From: an uncultured archaeon
GTDB taxonomy: Archaea > Aenigmatarchaeota > Aenigmatarchaeia > CG10238-14 > SCSR01
DNA length: 41,473 nt
Reading direction: 5' to 3'
NCBI GenBank assembly: GCA_964570195.1
Contig: CAZMWU010000002.1
Coordinates: 1-41,473 of the forward strand
In this document: piece by piece, positions 8,918-16,713 of the stretch
Layout: every line of letters begins with the position of its first letter
How positions within the stretch are numbered: position 1 is the stretch's first letter
Made by a program: the position numbers and the translations under genes
Notes under the pieces: generated by a model
The model's input: the letters and a program-made list of their open reading frames with translations, nothing else
Told to the model about the DNA's origin: nothing
Databases searched by the model: none

Positions 8918-9457
8918 ATGAGGATTTATCTAATCTTAAGCTTGATTGGACTTGTTTTTCTTGCGGGATGTACGCAATTAAATATCTCAAGTATGAGTTC
9001 TGGTAGATGTCATGAACTTGCTGAAGAGATGATACCCGATAAAATTAACTTACTAATAGGTACACAACAGAACGTTCCAGGAGATTGGAGTCTCCCAACA
9101 GGGGCATTTGGAAGCTACGAAAGTTTTTGGAACGATGGGTCAGAAATTACTGCACCGTATATGATGTCTATCTATTTTAGGCCAGGAAATCAAGAAGGTG
9201 AGAATGTTAACTACTACTATTTTGAAAAAGGAAAGTTCATCTATGAAGACAATTCTCTCAAGTATTCAAAGCAAATAATCAATGATGATGGCGTGATATT
9301 AGGAATCCGTGAGTTTGGAATTGCACCTACATTGAAAGAGATTCCAGGTAGTGAGAACCATATTTCAGACATCCACAAGATTAAAAGTTTTGAAATTATT
9401 AAACCTAATTTTATTTTTTGCTATTGGGTTACAGACGAGGGAGAAAGTATTAAATGA
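8918..9457 (+). CDS. Putative lipoprotein
   Basis: Lipobox-like VFLAGC after a hydrophobic N-terminus. 4-nt gap from the upstream gene. Confidence 0.55.
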   Translation: MRIYLILSLIGLVFLAGCTQLNISSMSSGRCHELAEEMIPDKINLLIGTQQNVPGDWSLPTGAFGSYESFWNDGSEITAPYMMSIYFRPGNQEGENVNYYYFEKGKFIYEDNSLKYSKQIINDDGVILGIREFGIAPTLKEIPGSENHISDIHKIKSFEIIKPNFIFCYWVTDEGESIK

Positions 9458-9621
9458 AACTGTCCAAGCAAAAAATAAGCTTCGTTCTGAAAAATTTTGG
9501 CATCGGTCTTGGCACAGCATCGCTTATTTACGGAGTCACAAATAGTTTTGACATCCGTGTATACAGTTTGTTATTTCTTGCACTTAGCTTTATTGTAAGC
9601 AATTGGTTGTGGAAGAAATAA
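9454..9621 (+). CDS. Small (55-aa) two-helix membrane protein, below the ORF-track cutoff
   Basis: Hand-translated as MKLSKQKISFVLKNFGIGLGTASLIYGVTNSFDIRVYSLLFLALSFIVSNWLWKK. Its ATG overlaps the upstream TGA (ATGA), suggesting translational coupling. Two hydrophobic segments. Confidence 0.4.
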   Translation: MKLSKQKISFVLKNFGIGLGTASLIYGVTNSFDIRVYSLLFLALSFIVSNWLWKK

Positions 9622-9631
9622 AAAATTAGAT

Positions 9632-10906
9632 TTATTGTATGAGAGGTTCAAAAACTAAATAGCTATTATCTCTTGTGCTGTTGGCATCCACACATTCTGA
9701 ATTAGTTTTTAATGCTATTTGAGGCGAATTTAGAAACTCATAATTCAAAACATTAGAAAAGTTTAAACTATTGGTTGAGGAATGTATCCAAGGGCCACAT
9801 CTCTGCCATACTATTTGCGTTGCATTAAGAGTTTGGTCACAGATAAAGACACTGTAATTTGTTACCCGTTCCTTTATCAAATCTGAGTATTGACTTCTAT
9901 AAATATCATCGGGAATTGTAAAAACATAATCTTGAAAACAAACTTGAAAATTTTCTAAATTATTCAAATATATGGGGACAATGTATTGTACACGTCCAGT
10001 ATTAGTAACATATTTCCAAAAGGGGCTTTGTATATCTGATATCCATGCATTATGAAGAGGAAATGTATCGCCACGATATCCGAGTTTTACATTGATTTTT
10101 TCATATGTCCATCCATCACCGAAACCATAAAGCTTTGCAGAATTTTTATCCTTGTTAACGTGAGATACTAAGAAGGGTTGTATGTTCTCATACCAAACAT
10201 CGGTTAAATTGGAAGGTGATAAAGGTATTGTCACATCTCTATCAATTGGTATAAGTGGTGGTTTTATTTCTAATTCAACCCTACTAGATACAAAATCTCT
10301 TCGAGTATTATTAATAGTACGTATTGACCCAAACCTGATTTCGTTATCTAAAACAGAAACTTTTGGCAAAAATATAGGCCACACCACTTGAATTGTTAAC
10401 ATAAAACTCAAAAATATTGCAGCATATTTCCACCAATGCTTACGAAATTCCTCATTCTTAAACGCCGATATTGCGATAATTGTAAAGAAAAATAAAACTA
10501 GAATTGGATAAAGTGAAATAAGTGATTTTTGATACAGAATCAGAAATATGTATATATACAGCAATAGAGTACCTATGACTACTCCCATTACAATTGATAA
10601 CGCCATGTTTTTTATAAGCTGTCTCGAAAGCTTATTTCGACTGTCGGTTTGTAAGATTTTTTGACTGGGTTTATACCCCTTTTTATTTTTAATAACCAAG
10701 TTTCTGTTCTTCCAAAAGTGGGTGACTATCGTCACAATCCAAATAAGTGCAACTCCTTCAAGAAAAACTCCTATGATAAAATAAATCATTGCAACAGGAG
10801 TGACTATACCTAGCTTATCCAATCCGAATAAAGAAATTGCAAGACCAGTTCCTAACATTGTCAATGGAATACCAAAAAGATTACTCAAACGCTCTATTAT
10901 AGACAT
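9632..10906 (-). CDS. Polytopic membrane protein with a large C-terminal non-membrane domain (unknown function)
   Basis: About 5-6 hydrophobic helices in the first ~180 aa, then ~240 aa that are Asn/Tyr/Trp-rich and soluble. No recognisable motif. Confidence 0.55.
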   Translation of the reverse strand: MSIIERLSNLFGIPLTMLGTGLAISLFGLDKLGIVTPVAMIYFIIGVFLEGVALIWIVTIVTHFWKNRNLVIKNKKGYKPSQKILQTDSRNKLSRQLIKNMALSIVMGVVIGTLLLYIYIFLILYQKSLISLYPILVLFFFTIIAISAFKNEEFRKHWWKYAAIFLSFMLTIQVVWPIFLPKVSVLDNEIRFGSIRTINNTRRDFVSSRVELEIKPPLIPIDRDVTIPLSPSNLTDVWYENIQPFLVSHVNKDKNSAKLYGFGDGWTYEKINVKLGYRGDTFPLHNAWISDIQSPFWKYVTNTGRVQYIVPIYLNNLENFQVCFQDYVFTIPDDIYRSQYSDLIKERVTNYSVFICDQTLNATQIVWQRCGPWIHSSTNSLNFSNVLNYEFLNSPQIALKTNSECVDANSTRDNSYLVFEPLIQ

Positions 10907-10964
10907 AGTTTTTAATTGAGAATAAAGCTATTTAACCCATTCCCTTCTTGTAACTTCTGTTAAG

Positions 10965-11510
10965 TTATGCACCATCATAATTTTTTTTGAATAAAGCTTT
11001 TTCAACAACCCTCAGATTGAGATTATGTTTGTTTGCTATTTTTCTTAGTTTCTCCAGAAGTTTTATGTAGTGGTTAGGATTAGTAATGTCTTTCGGTCTT
11101 GTTTTAGGGTTGGTAGCAAACACCTCATCGTATATGTGTATATCAAACACACCGTAGTTTTTTGGGTCATAAAATGTTAAGATAGCACTTGCTACAGCTA
11201 GCCCGACGCTTTTAATTTCCATAAGATACTTCAATCTTAGGAGTTCATCATCGGTAGTAAAAGCTAGGTTAGACAGTCTTTTTATTTCATTATCATCAAC
11301 TTTTTCAACCAAGTTTAATTCTCTTTTCAATCGGTGTTTGTTTGTTGCAAATTTCCATTTGATAACTTGAATCAAATCTTCTTTAGCCATTTTTTTATTT
11401 GTTCTGAATCTATTTCCCAATTCAGCTTCTAGTTTTGGAGACCATTGGTCTTCTTCAGCATCGTATTTCTTACATAAATCTAGAATTTGTTCTTTCGTTA
11501 TGTCAATCAT
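10965..11510 (-). CDS. Hypothetical protein with a helix-hairpin-helix / OGG-fold-like C-terminal motif
   Basis: IKSVGLAVASAILTFYDPKNYGVFDIHIYDEVF resembles the HhH plus Asp segment of HhH-GPD glycosylases (compare AILDVHIL in the Ogg at 1953-2600). No clear catalytic Lys. Motif-level call only. Confidence 0.35.
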   Translation of the reverse strand: MIDITKEQILDLCKKYDAEEDQWSPKLEAELGNRFRTNKKMAKEDLIQVIKWKFATNKHRLKRELNLVEKVDDNEIKRLSNLAFTTDDELLRLKYLMEIKSVGLAVASAILTFYDPKNYGVFDIHIYDEVFATNPKTRPKDITNPNHYIKLLEKLRKIANKHNLNLRVVEKALFKKNYDGA

Positions 11511-11544
11511 ATATCTAGATTAGTTCTTCATCCAATAAAAAGCT

Positions 11545-11808
11545 CTAACCCTTTAACTTCTGAAGCTCTTTCAGAACTTCCAAACCAAGCTTAGTTATCT
11601 TATACAATTTACCTACTCTTTCATGTGGTGTCAGACATTCTATGAGTTTCTTCTTTTTAAATTCCTTCAAAGCTCTTGATACATGTGTAGAATAAAGTCC
11701 GCTCTTCTTTGCTACAACACTGGGAGTAATGGGTTCCCTAAGTAACGGTAATATCTGCTTTCTCTGTTTGCTTCGAGACACGAATGATACCAAATCCCAC
11801 TTGACCAT
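11545..11808 (-). CDS. Small winged-helix (ArsR/MarR-like) transcriptional regulator
   Basis: 87 aa. The pattern ...ILPLL.EPITPSVVAKKSGLYSTHVSRALKEFKKKKLIE...GKLYKITKLG is a classic HTH plus wing. Confidence 0.65.
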   Translation of the reverse strand: MVKWDLVSFVSRSKQRKQILPLLREPITPSVVAKKSGLYSTHVSRALKEFKKKKLIECLTPHERVGKLYKITKLGLEVLKELQKLKG

Positions 11809-11902
11809 AAATTAGTCTTCTAAGACCTAATTCTAAACAGAATATGACCAAAGTATTACCAACTAACAACAAACTTAAATATCTGAATTTTTAGTTAAAA
11901 TT

Positions 11903-12499
11903 ATGGGTTGGAAAAAGAAGCTCCTAATAGGTTCTGTTTCAATAGTTTTCGTTCTGGTAGCTTTGGGTGTTTTATTTGGGGGCAGTGAAACCGAAAGTTC
12001 TAAAACAACTGGACAGGTAACTGGGGTATCAGAACAGCAATCTTTAACCATGAAATCTGCAAGTGAAATGTTACCAACGAGAGAAGAGATTCCGACGGAA
12101 TTTGTAATGAGCACTGTAAATGATATTAGCACCTCCGTTTCCGTGTCTGGTTTGGAAGAGGCTAAAAGTATTTCTACAGATAAGATAGAAGGGAGTTTCG
12201 GGGTAATTTCAGTTGGTTATTCAGTTTACAAGTTTTCGACAGTTGAAGATGCGATAGTATATCATAATGGTTTAGTTGATAACGTAGTTCAGGTTGGTGG
12301 ATACGAAGAGATTAAATTATCTAGTGACAACTGCTTTAGTTATAAGGAGGATTACGGATTTGAAGCTAAGATGGGTCAAGGTATTTGTGTTGAGAAAAAT
12401 GTTGTTTTTACAGTAGGTTTTGCTTCATCGAACTCTTTCAAAAGTCCCGACGGCTTTATCAAAGATGGTATAAAATTACTTGATAAAAAGGTGAGTTAA
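11903..12499 (+). CDS. N-terminally anchored extracytoplasmic protein (unknown function)
   Basis: A single N-terminal TM/signal-anchor (LLIGSVSIVFVLVALGVLFGG) followed by a soluble domain. Confidence 0.5.
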   Translation: MGWKKKLLIGSVSIVFVLVALGVLFGGSETESSKTTGQVTGVSEQQSLTMKSASEMLPTREEIPTEFVMSTVNDISTSVSVSGLEEAKSISTDKIEGSFGVISVGYSVYKFSTVEDAIVYHNGLVDNVVQVGGYEEIKLSSDNCFSYKEDYGFEAKMGQGICVEKNVVFTVGFASSNSFKSPDGFIKDGIKLLDKKVS

Positions 12500-12519
12500 T
12501 TAACTCTATTTTAATATTT

Positions 12520-13353
12520 TTGTTGTTGAGTGTTGTTTTTCTAGTTGGATGCACGACACAACCTTCTACAACAGGACAAATTGTAGAATCCACACCATTA
12601 GAAGAATCTGAAGTACCAGAACAAAAAATAATTCAGAATGAATCTGAAATCATTTCTCAGGGAAAAGTAACAAAAAACGTCTCTCCTATTGATTTTTGTT
12701 CCTCGTTGCAATTTGATGCCGTTACAGGAAGATGGTCGCCATACAAATATGAAATTTCCATAACTAACTTAGGCTTGGACATTGATGAAGATGTCGAAAT
12801 TTCCACAATAGACAACAGTATTGTCATTGATGAAATCAGATTCATAGATTGGTTGAGTCAAAATGTTAAGACTATCTATATGGATGCAGGTATTAGAACA
12901 TTAAGAATCAAGCCTGCAAGTTGTGCGAAAGGATTTATTATTGATTTGAACATGCCTGTGCCCAAACAGTGTTCCGTGACGATTTCTGATTTAAGATGGT
13001 CGGGAAATTATGATGATAAGGTATTTCTCACTTTCAATGTGGAAGGATATGATACTTTTGAACAAAATGTAACTACAACAGTCAGTACGGGAAATCATCA
13101 ACGTTGTGTATACCCTGAAAGTGAGGGAGGGTTGCGAATATTTATGTCTGATTCGTATGTTGTCTATAATGACCGCACAGCAATAGTCGGCTCCTCTCAA
13201 GTATCAAAGGAGATGGTGATGAATATAGACAAAGAGCATTGTGAATATACTAATCAAATTAAAGTAAATGTCTCTTCATCGCAGTGCGAACTATTCCTAA
13301 AACACTATAATTTATCTACAGATGATTCGATAGACGGAAGAGTTGCTGGTTAA
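12520..13353 (+). CDS. Putative lipoprotein / secreted protein (unknown function)
   Basis: Short hydrophobic N-terminus ending in LVGC (lipobox-like). TTG start with no in-frame ATG nearby, so the start is uncertain. Confidence 0.45.
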   Translation: MLLSVVFLVGCTTQPSTTGQIVESTPLEESEVPEQKIIQNESEIISQGKVTKNVSPIDFCSSLQFDAVTGRWSPYKYEISITNLGLDIDEDVEISTIDNSIVIDEIRFIDWLSQNVKTIYMDAGIRTLRIKPASCAKGFIIDLNMPVPKQCSVTISDLRWSGNYDDKVFLTFNVEGYDTFEQNVTTTVSTGNHQRCVYPESEGGLRIFMSDSYVVYNDRTAIVGSSQVSKEMVMNIDKEHCEYTNQIKVNVSSSQCELFLKHYNLSTDDSIDGRVAG

Positions 13354-13518
13354 AGTGATATTGGACGTGAATGATTTAGAGAGCGAAAGATAAACTCGTA
13401 CTAAGCATTAAATTCATTTTATGAAATGATAAGATATGTTAAGCAAAACGGCAAAAAGTAAACCATAAAGTATTATCCGACCAGAAAATTTTGTGCGTAC
13501 ACTAGAAACGGACTTGTT

Positions 13519-13543
13519 GAACCTTTCACTTCGTGAAAGGTTC
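13519..13543. repeat. Perfect 11-bp inverted repeat (hairpin) between convergent genes
   Basis: gaacctttcac-ttc-gtgaaaggttc, read directly from the sequence. Confidence 0.85.
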
Positions 13544-13630
13544 ACATCCCCTCCGTCCCCAATCAAATCTATATGAAATTTTCGATGAAAGCATAAAGTG
13601 TAAAGGATTTGTAAAAGAAATAAGCATAAA

Positions 13631-14104
13631 TCATTTAGATAGCTCTAGGTCCTTTTTCCAAGTTAGCTTTCCCTTCTTCTTGAGATACTCTTTATGTCCT
13701 TCTTTGAGCAATTGTTCTACTTTTCTACCATGTTCACTGTTCTTTTCATCCTCTCGAACTTCATCCCAATCAGTTGTATCTAACACATGTCTCGATTCGG
13801 GACTCATGGATTCTCTCAGTCTTTTGTTGCGTTCCTTGTAGTATTTGCCAACATTCTTTTTATTTTTACGTTGGGTATTCCTCAAGTCTTGTTCGTGATT
13901 ATACGTAGCTATGTACAGCGACATCCCAATCGGAGGGACTTGCGGATTTGAAATTTTCAATATCCCGTTGTCTGGGTCGGCTTGTATTCCGACTGGTATC
14001 TTACCTTTGTCCTGAGGTATATCCCACCCCATTGAAATAATCATGTCGCTTGGTAAACCTTCAATGGTGAAGTTTCTCTTGGTTTTTCTGATATAACTTC
14101 CCAT
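13631..14104 (-). CDS. Hypothetical protein with a highly charged Lys/Glu/Arg-rich C-terminal half
   Basis: 157-aa ORF with no recognisable motif. Confidence 0.4.
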   Translation of the reverse strand: MGSYIRKTKRNFTIEGLPSDMIISMGWDIPQDKGKIPVGIQADPDNGILKISNPQVPPIGMSLYIATYNHEQDLRNTQRKNKKNVGKYYKERNKRLRESMSPESRHVLDTTDWDEVREDEKNSEHGRKVEQLLKEGHKEYLKKKGKLTWKKDLELSK

Positions 14105-14160
14105 ACATGATATTGCCTAGGGCAAAGTTTTATAGATGAAATTTTCCACATTCTTACTCA

Positions 14161-14295
14161 ATGTTAAGAAAACAGGTTTTGTTAGCTGAAAAGGAAGTAG
14201 AAAGGGTTAATCAACTGCGAGAGAATGAAACAAGAAGTTTCAGTTCCATGTTGCGAGTACTTCTACAGAAAGCTTTGAAAAATGAGGTTGTCTGA
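14161..14295 (+). CDS. Ribbon-helix-helix (CopG-like) small DNA-binding protein, below the ORF-track cutoff
   Basis: Hand-translated as MLRKQVLLAEKEVERVNQLRENETRSFSSMLRVLLQKALKNEVV. It has an N-terminal beta-strand-like segment and the RS.S..LR.LL..AL helix pattern of RHH proteins. Its stop overlaps the next ATG. Confidence 0.45.
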   Translation: MLRKQVLLAEKEVERVNQLRENETRSFSSMLRVLLQKALKNEVV

Positions 14296-14399
14296 TGACT
14301 AAGCTGTATCCAAAATCCTGGCAAGTCATTTTAGAAATCCTGAAAGAAAAGAAAATGCCCGTTCCTGAAGCGGGCAAAGGAATTGATACCAATGAATAG
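14295..14399 (+). CDS. Very small hypothetical ORF (34 aa)
   Basis: Hand-translated as MTKLYPKSWQVILEILKEKKMPVPEAGKGIDTNE. Its ATG overlaps the upstream TGA and its end overlaps the next ATG. Only the overlapping-gene context supports it. Confidence 0.25.
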   Translation: MTKLYPKSWQVILEILKEKKMPVPEAGKGIDTNE

Positions 14400-14634
14400 A
14401 TTAAACAAGGCTGATTATAAATCTCAGATGCAACAAGATGGAATCGATGCAGTATTCTTACGGGTTAAGAACGAGTTGGACGATTTCACACCTTTCATAA
14501 CTTATCCAGTCTTTTTCACATGGGCTAAATTTTTGAAATATCACAAGCCTGAACTATGGAAAATAATTTTCGAATTGAAACGCAGGAAGTATATTCGATT
14601 AGTTCGCGGGCATGGATTTGAAATTCTCAAGTGA
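14392..14634 (+). CDS. Small hypothetical protein, possible winged-helix
   Basis: 80 aa from the ATG at 14392 (the ORF track uses TTG at 14383). The C-terminal ELKRRKYIRLVRGHGFEIL resembles a recognition helix plus wing. Weak. Confidence 0.4.
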   Translation: MNRLNKADYKSQMQQDGIDAVFLRVKNELDDFTPFITYPVFFTWAKFLKYHKPELWKIIFELKRRKYIRLVRGHGFEILK

Positions 14635-15346
14635 TTTTATGAGGAGCAAACACGGTTTCAAGTTTATATCAAAGATACCCAGCGACAATTTGCCCATCCT
14701 TCACGAGAGCTGGCAAGAATATGCTGATAAAGTCGACCCGAATGAAAACGACAGGGCAAAGAATATCACATATGACTTACCCCAAATCGGCAAGGTAACA
14801 GTCTCACATACAACAGGAACAATCACGATAGACACAAATAAAAGTCAGAAAGAGCTCCTAAAAACAATAAGAAAATATGTTGGTGGTAGACAGTACGAAT
14901 CCTTCGAGAGTAATCTAGTATGCAAAGAAGCTGGTGCACACTTCAGGAAGTTCCATGGAACGGTAGGGTATATTCTCAATGTCAAACAACCAGGTAAGAT
15001 ACCTATTTTCCTAAGTGCAAGAGGGTGCAACAGTTATGCAGACATACATATCAAAATTCCATGGAAGATGGCAGACATAGAGGACTTTTCAAAAAAGGAC
15101 TATACCCCTACCAGTACCCCTATACGGAAATACACCTTAGACACGGATATTTTAGACTTGGTAAAAAAACGAGATGTAGTTAGAACAAAAGACTGTTCTG
15201 CGGTAAACCTATCTGAATCCGCATTTTATCGCAGACTAGAGAAATTACGTATCCAGGGCAAGCTCACTAGAACAAACAGATACCCAGCCCTGTATATGTC
15301 TAATCCATTGATTTTGCAAAAAGCGAAACAAGATTTATATTCTTAA
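14612..15346 (+). CDS. Hypothetical protein with a C-terminal HTH-like segment; candidate element replication or regulation protein
   Basis: 244 aa, overlapping the upstream ORF by 23 nt. The C-terminal LSESAFYRRLEKLRIQGKLTR resembles an HTH. The function is inference from context only. Confidence 0.45.
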   Translation: MDLKFSSDFMRSKHGFKFISKIPSDNLPILHESWQEYADKVDPNENDRAKNITYDLPQIGKVTVSHTTGTITIDTNKSQKELLKTIRKYVGGRQYESFESNLVCKEAGAHFRKFHGTVGYILNVKQPGKIPIFLSARGCNSYADIHIKIPWKMADIEDFSKKDYTPTSTPIRKYTLDTDILDLVKKRDVVRTKDCSAVNLSESAFYRRLEKLRIQGKLTRTNRYPALYMSNPLILQKAKQDLYS

Positions 15347-15383
15347 GAAACTAACTAAGAAATGGGTTAGACAAAGTTCAACA

Positions 15384-16661
15384 TCATTTGGCTTTAACCA
15401 CATCAAGAACTACGCCGGCAGCCACAGTCATTCCCATATCTCTGATAGCAAACCTAGCCAATTGTGGAAATTCCGATTGCTTTTCAATGACCATAGGCTT
15501 CAAGGGCTTCACTTTAATCCTTGCGGCATCCCCTGTCTTGATGAAGTCTGGTTTTTCCTGGACGACCTGCCCCGTCTTCGGATCTATCTTTGCTATTATT
15601 TCTTCAATCGTGCATGCTACCGCTGCCGTGTGTGCATGGAATACAGGCGTATATCCGGCAGTCACCACAGTAGGATGGTTCAAAACAATAATCTGCGCTG
15701 TAAACTCAGAAACAACTGTTGGCGGGTTGTTTGGATGTCCGATAACATCACCTTTCTTTATCTGCGACTTGTCTACACCTCTTACATTAAATCCTACATT
15801 ATCACCTGGCACGGCTTGTGGCAGTTGCTGGTGATGGATTTCTATCGATTTGACTTCGCCAGTCACACCTGCAGGCTGGAAAACAATAGTATCATTAATT
15901 TTCATCACGCCTGTCTCCACTCTTCCAACAGGAACGGTACCGACGCCAGTGATAGAATAAACATCTTGTACAGGAAGTCTCAATGGCTTGTCAGTTGGCT
16001 TATCGGGCTCTTTTATAAATTGATCCAAAGCTTCAATCAAAGTAGGGCCATTATACCAAGGCATCTTGTCCGATTTCTTCGCTACGTTATCACCAACATA
16101 TGCCGATGCCGGAATGAATGGTATTTCCGCGACCTTGTAGCCAATCCCTTGCAGAAGTTTCGTAACTTCGACTTTCAATTCCTCGAATCTCTTCTGGTCA
16201 TAACTTGCCGCATCCATCTTGTTCAACACAACCAACATCTGGCCTATTCCGAGGACTTTCATCAACCAAGCATGTTCTTTTGTCTGTTCCTGTATTCCTT
16301 CACCCGGCTTTGCAGATACAACAAAAATCGCAGCATCGGCCTGTGAAGCGCCTGTAATCATGTTCTTGACAAAATCCCTGTGGCCTGGAGCATCAATAAG
16401 AGTGAAATACCATTTTTGTGTTTCAAATGGTCTGTGCATAATGTCAATCGTAACCCCTCTTTCACGCTCTTCCTTGACCTTGTCCATCACGAACGCGAAT
16501 TCAAATGTCTCCTTCTTCAGTTCAGTGGCAACCTCTCTCAGTTTTCTCATTTCTTCTTCCCTGATTGATCCTGTGTCATATAGAAGTCTTCCGACTAGAG
16601 TAGACTTCCCTGCGTCTACATGTCCTGATGTCATTATGTTAATGTGCGGTTTTGTTGGCAT
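15384..16661 (-). CDS. tuf: Translation elongation factor aEF-1 alpha
   Basis: [17 protein letters not shown] and NKMD GTPase motifs. Full-length, 425 aa. Confidence 0.97.
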   Translation of the reverse strand: MPTKPHINIMTSGHVDAGKSTLVGRLLYDTGSIREEEMRKLREVATELKKETFEFAFVMDKVKEERERGVTIDIMHRPFETQKWYFTLIDAPGHRDFVKNMITGASQADAAIFVVSAKPGEGIQEQTKEHAWLMKVLGIGQMLVVLNKMDAASYDQKRFEELKVEVTKLLQGIGYKVAEIPFIPASAYVGDNVAKKSDKMPWYNGPTLIEALDQFIKEPDKPTDKPLRLPVQDVYSITGVGTVPVGRVETGVMKINDTIVFQPAGVTGEVKSIEIHHQQLPQAVPGDNVGFNVRGVDKSQIKKGDVIGHPNNPPTVVSEFTAQIIVLNHPTVVTAGYTPVFHAHTAAVACTIEEIIAKIDPKTGQVVQEKPDFIKTGDAARIKVKPLKPMVIEKQSEFPQLARFAIRDMGMTVAAGVVLDVVKAK

Positions 16662-16713
16662 GTGTTCACCAAATTTACTTAAACTAATATAGCAGATAGG
16701 TTTAAATAATTTC

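Larger units (their letters stand above)
4012..15383. mobile_element. Putative integrated element / genomic island inserted between rps10 and tuf
   Basis: About 11.4 kb of non-translation genes interrupts the normally contiguous tuf-rps10 pair. An integrase lies at one end and compact overlapping regulator-like ORFs at the other. Boundaries are simply the flanking core genes; att sites were not identified. Confidence 0.5.

Noticed and set aside
9351-9545. A 64-aa ORF from the track that overlaps the end of the lipoprotein gene.
   Set aside because: It overlaps 8918-9457 by about 100 nt in another frame. The 55-aa frame at 9454-9621 has two clean hydrophobic helices and an ATGA start/stop overlap, and explains the region better.
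13533-13560. ggttcacatcc looks like a tRNA T-loop (GGTTCAAATCC), which could be a tRNA remnant or att site.
   Set aside because: The flanking bases cannot form a T-stem (AAAGG versus CCCCT) and no acceptor-like sequence follows. The segment is better explained as one arm of the 11-bp inverted repeat.
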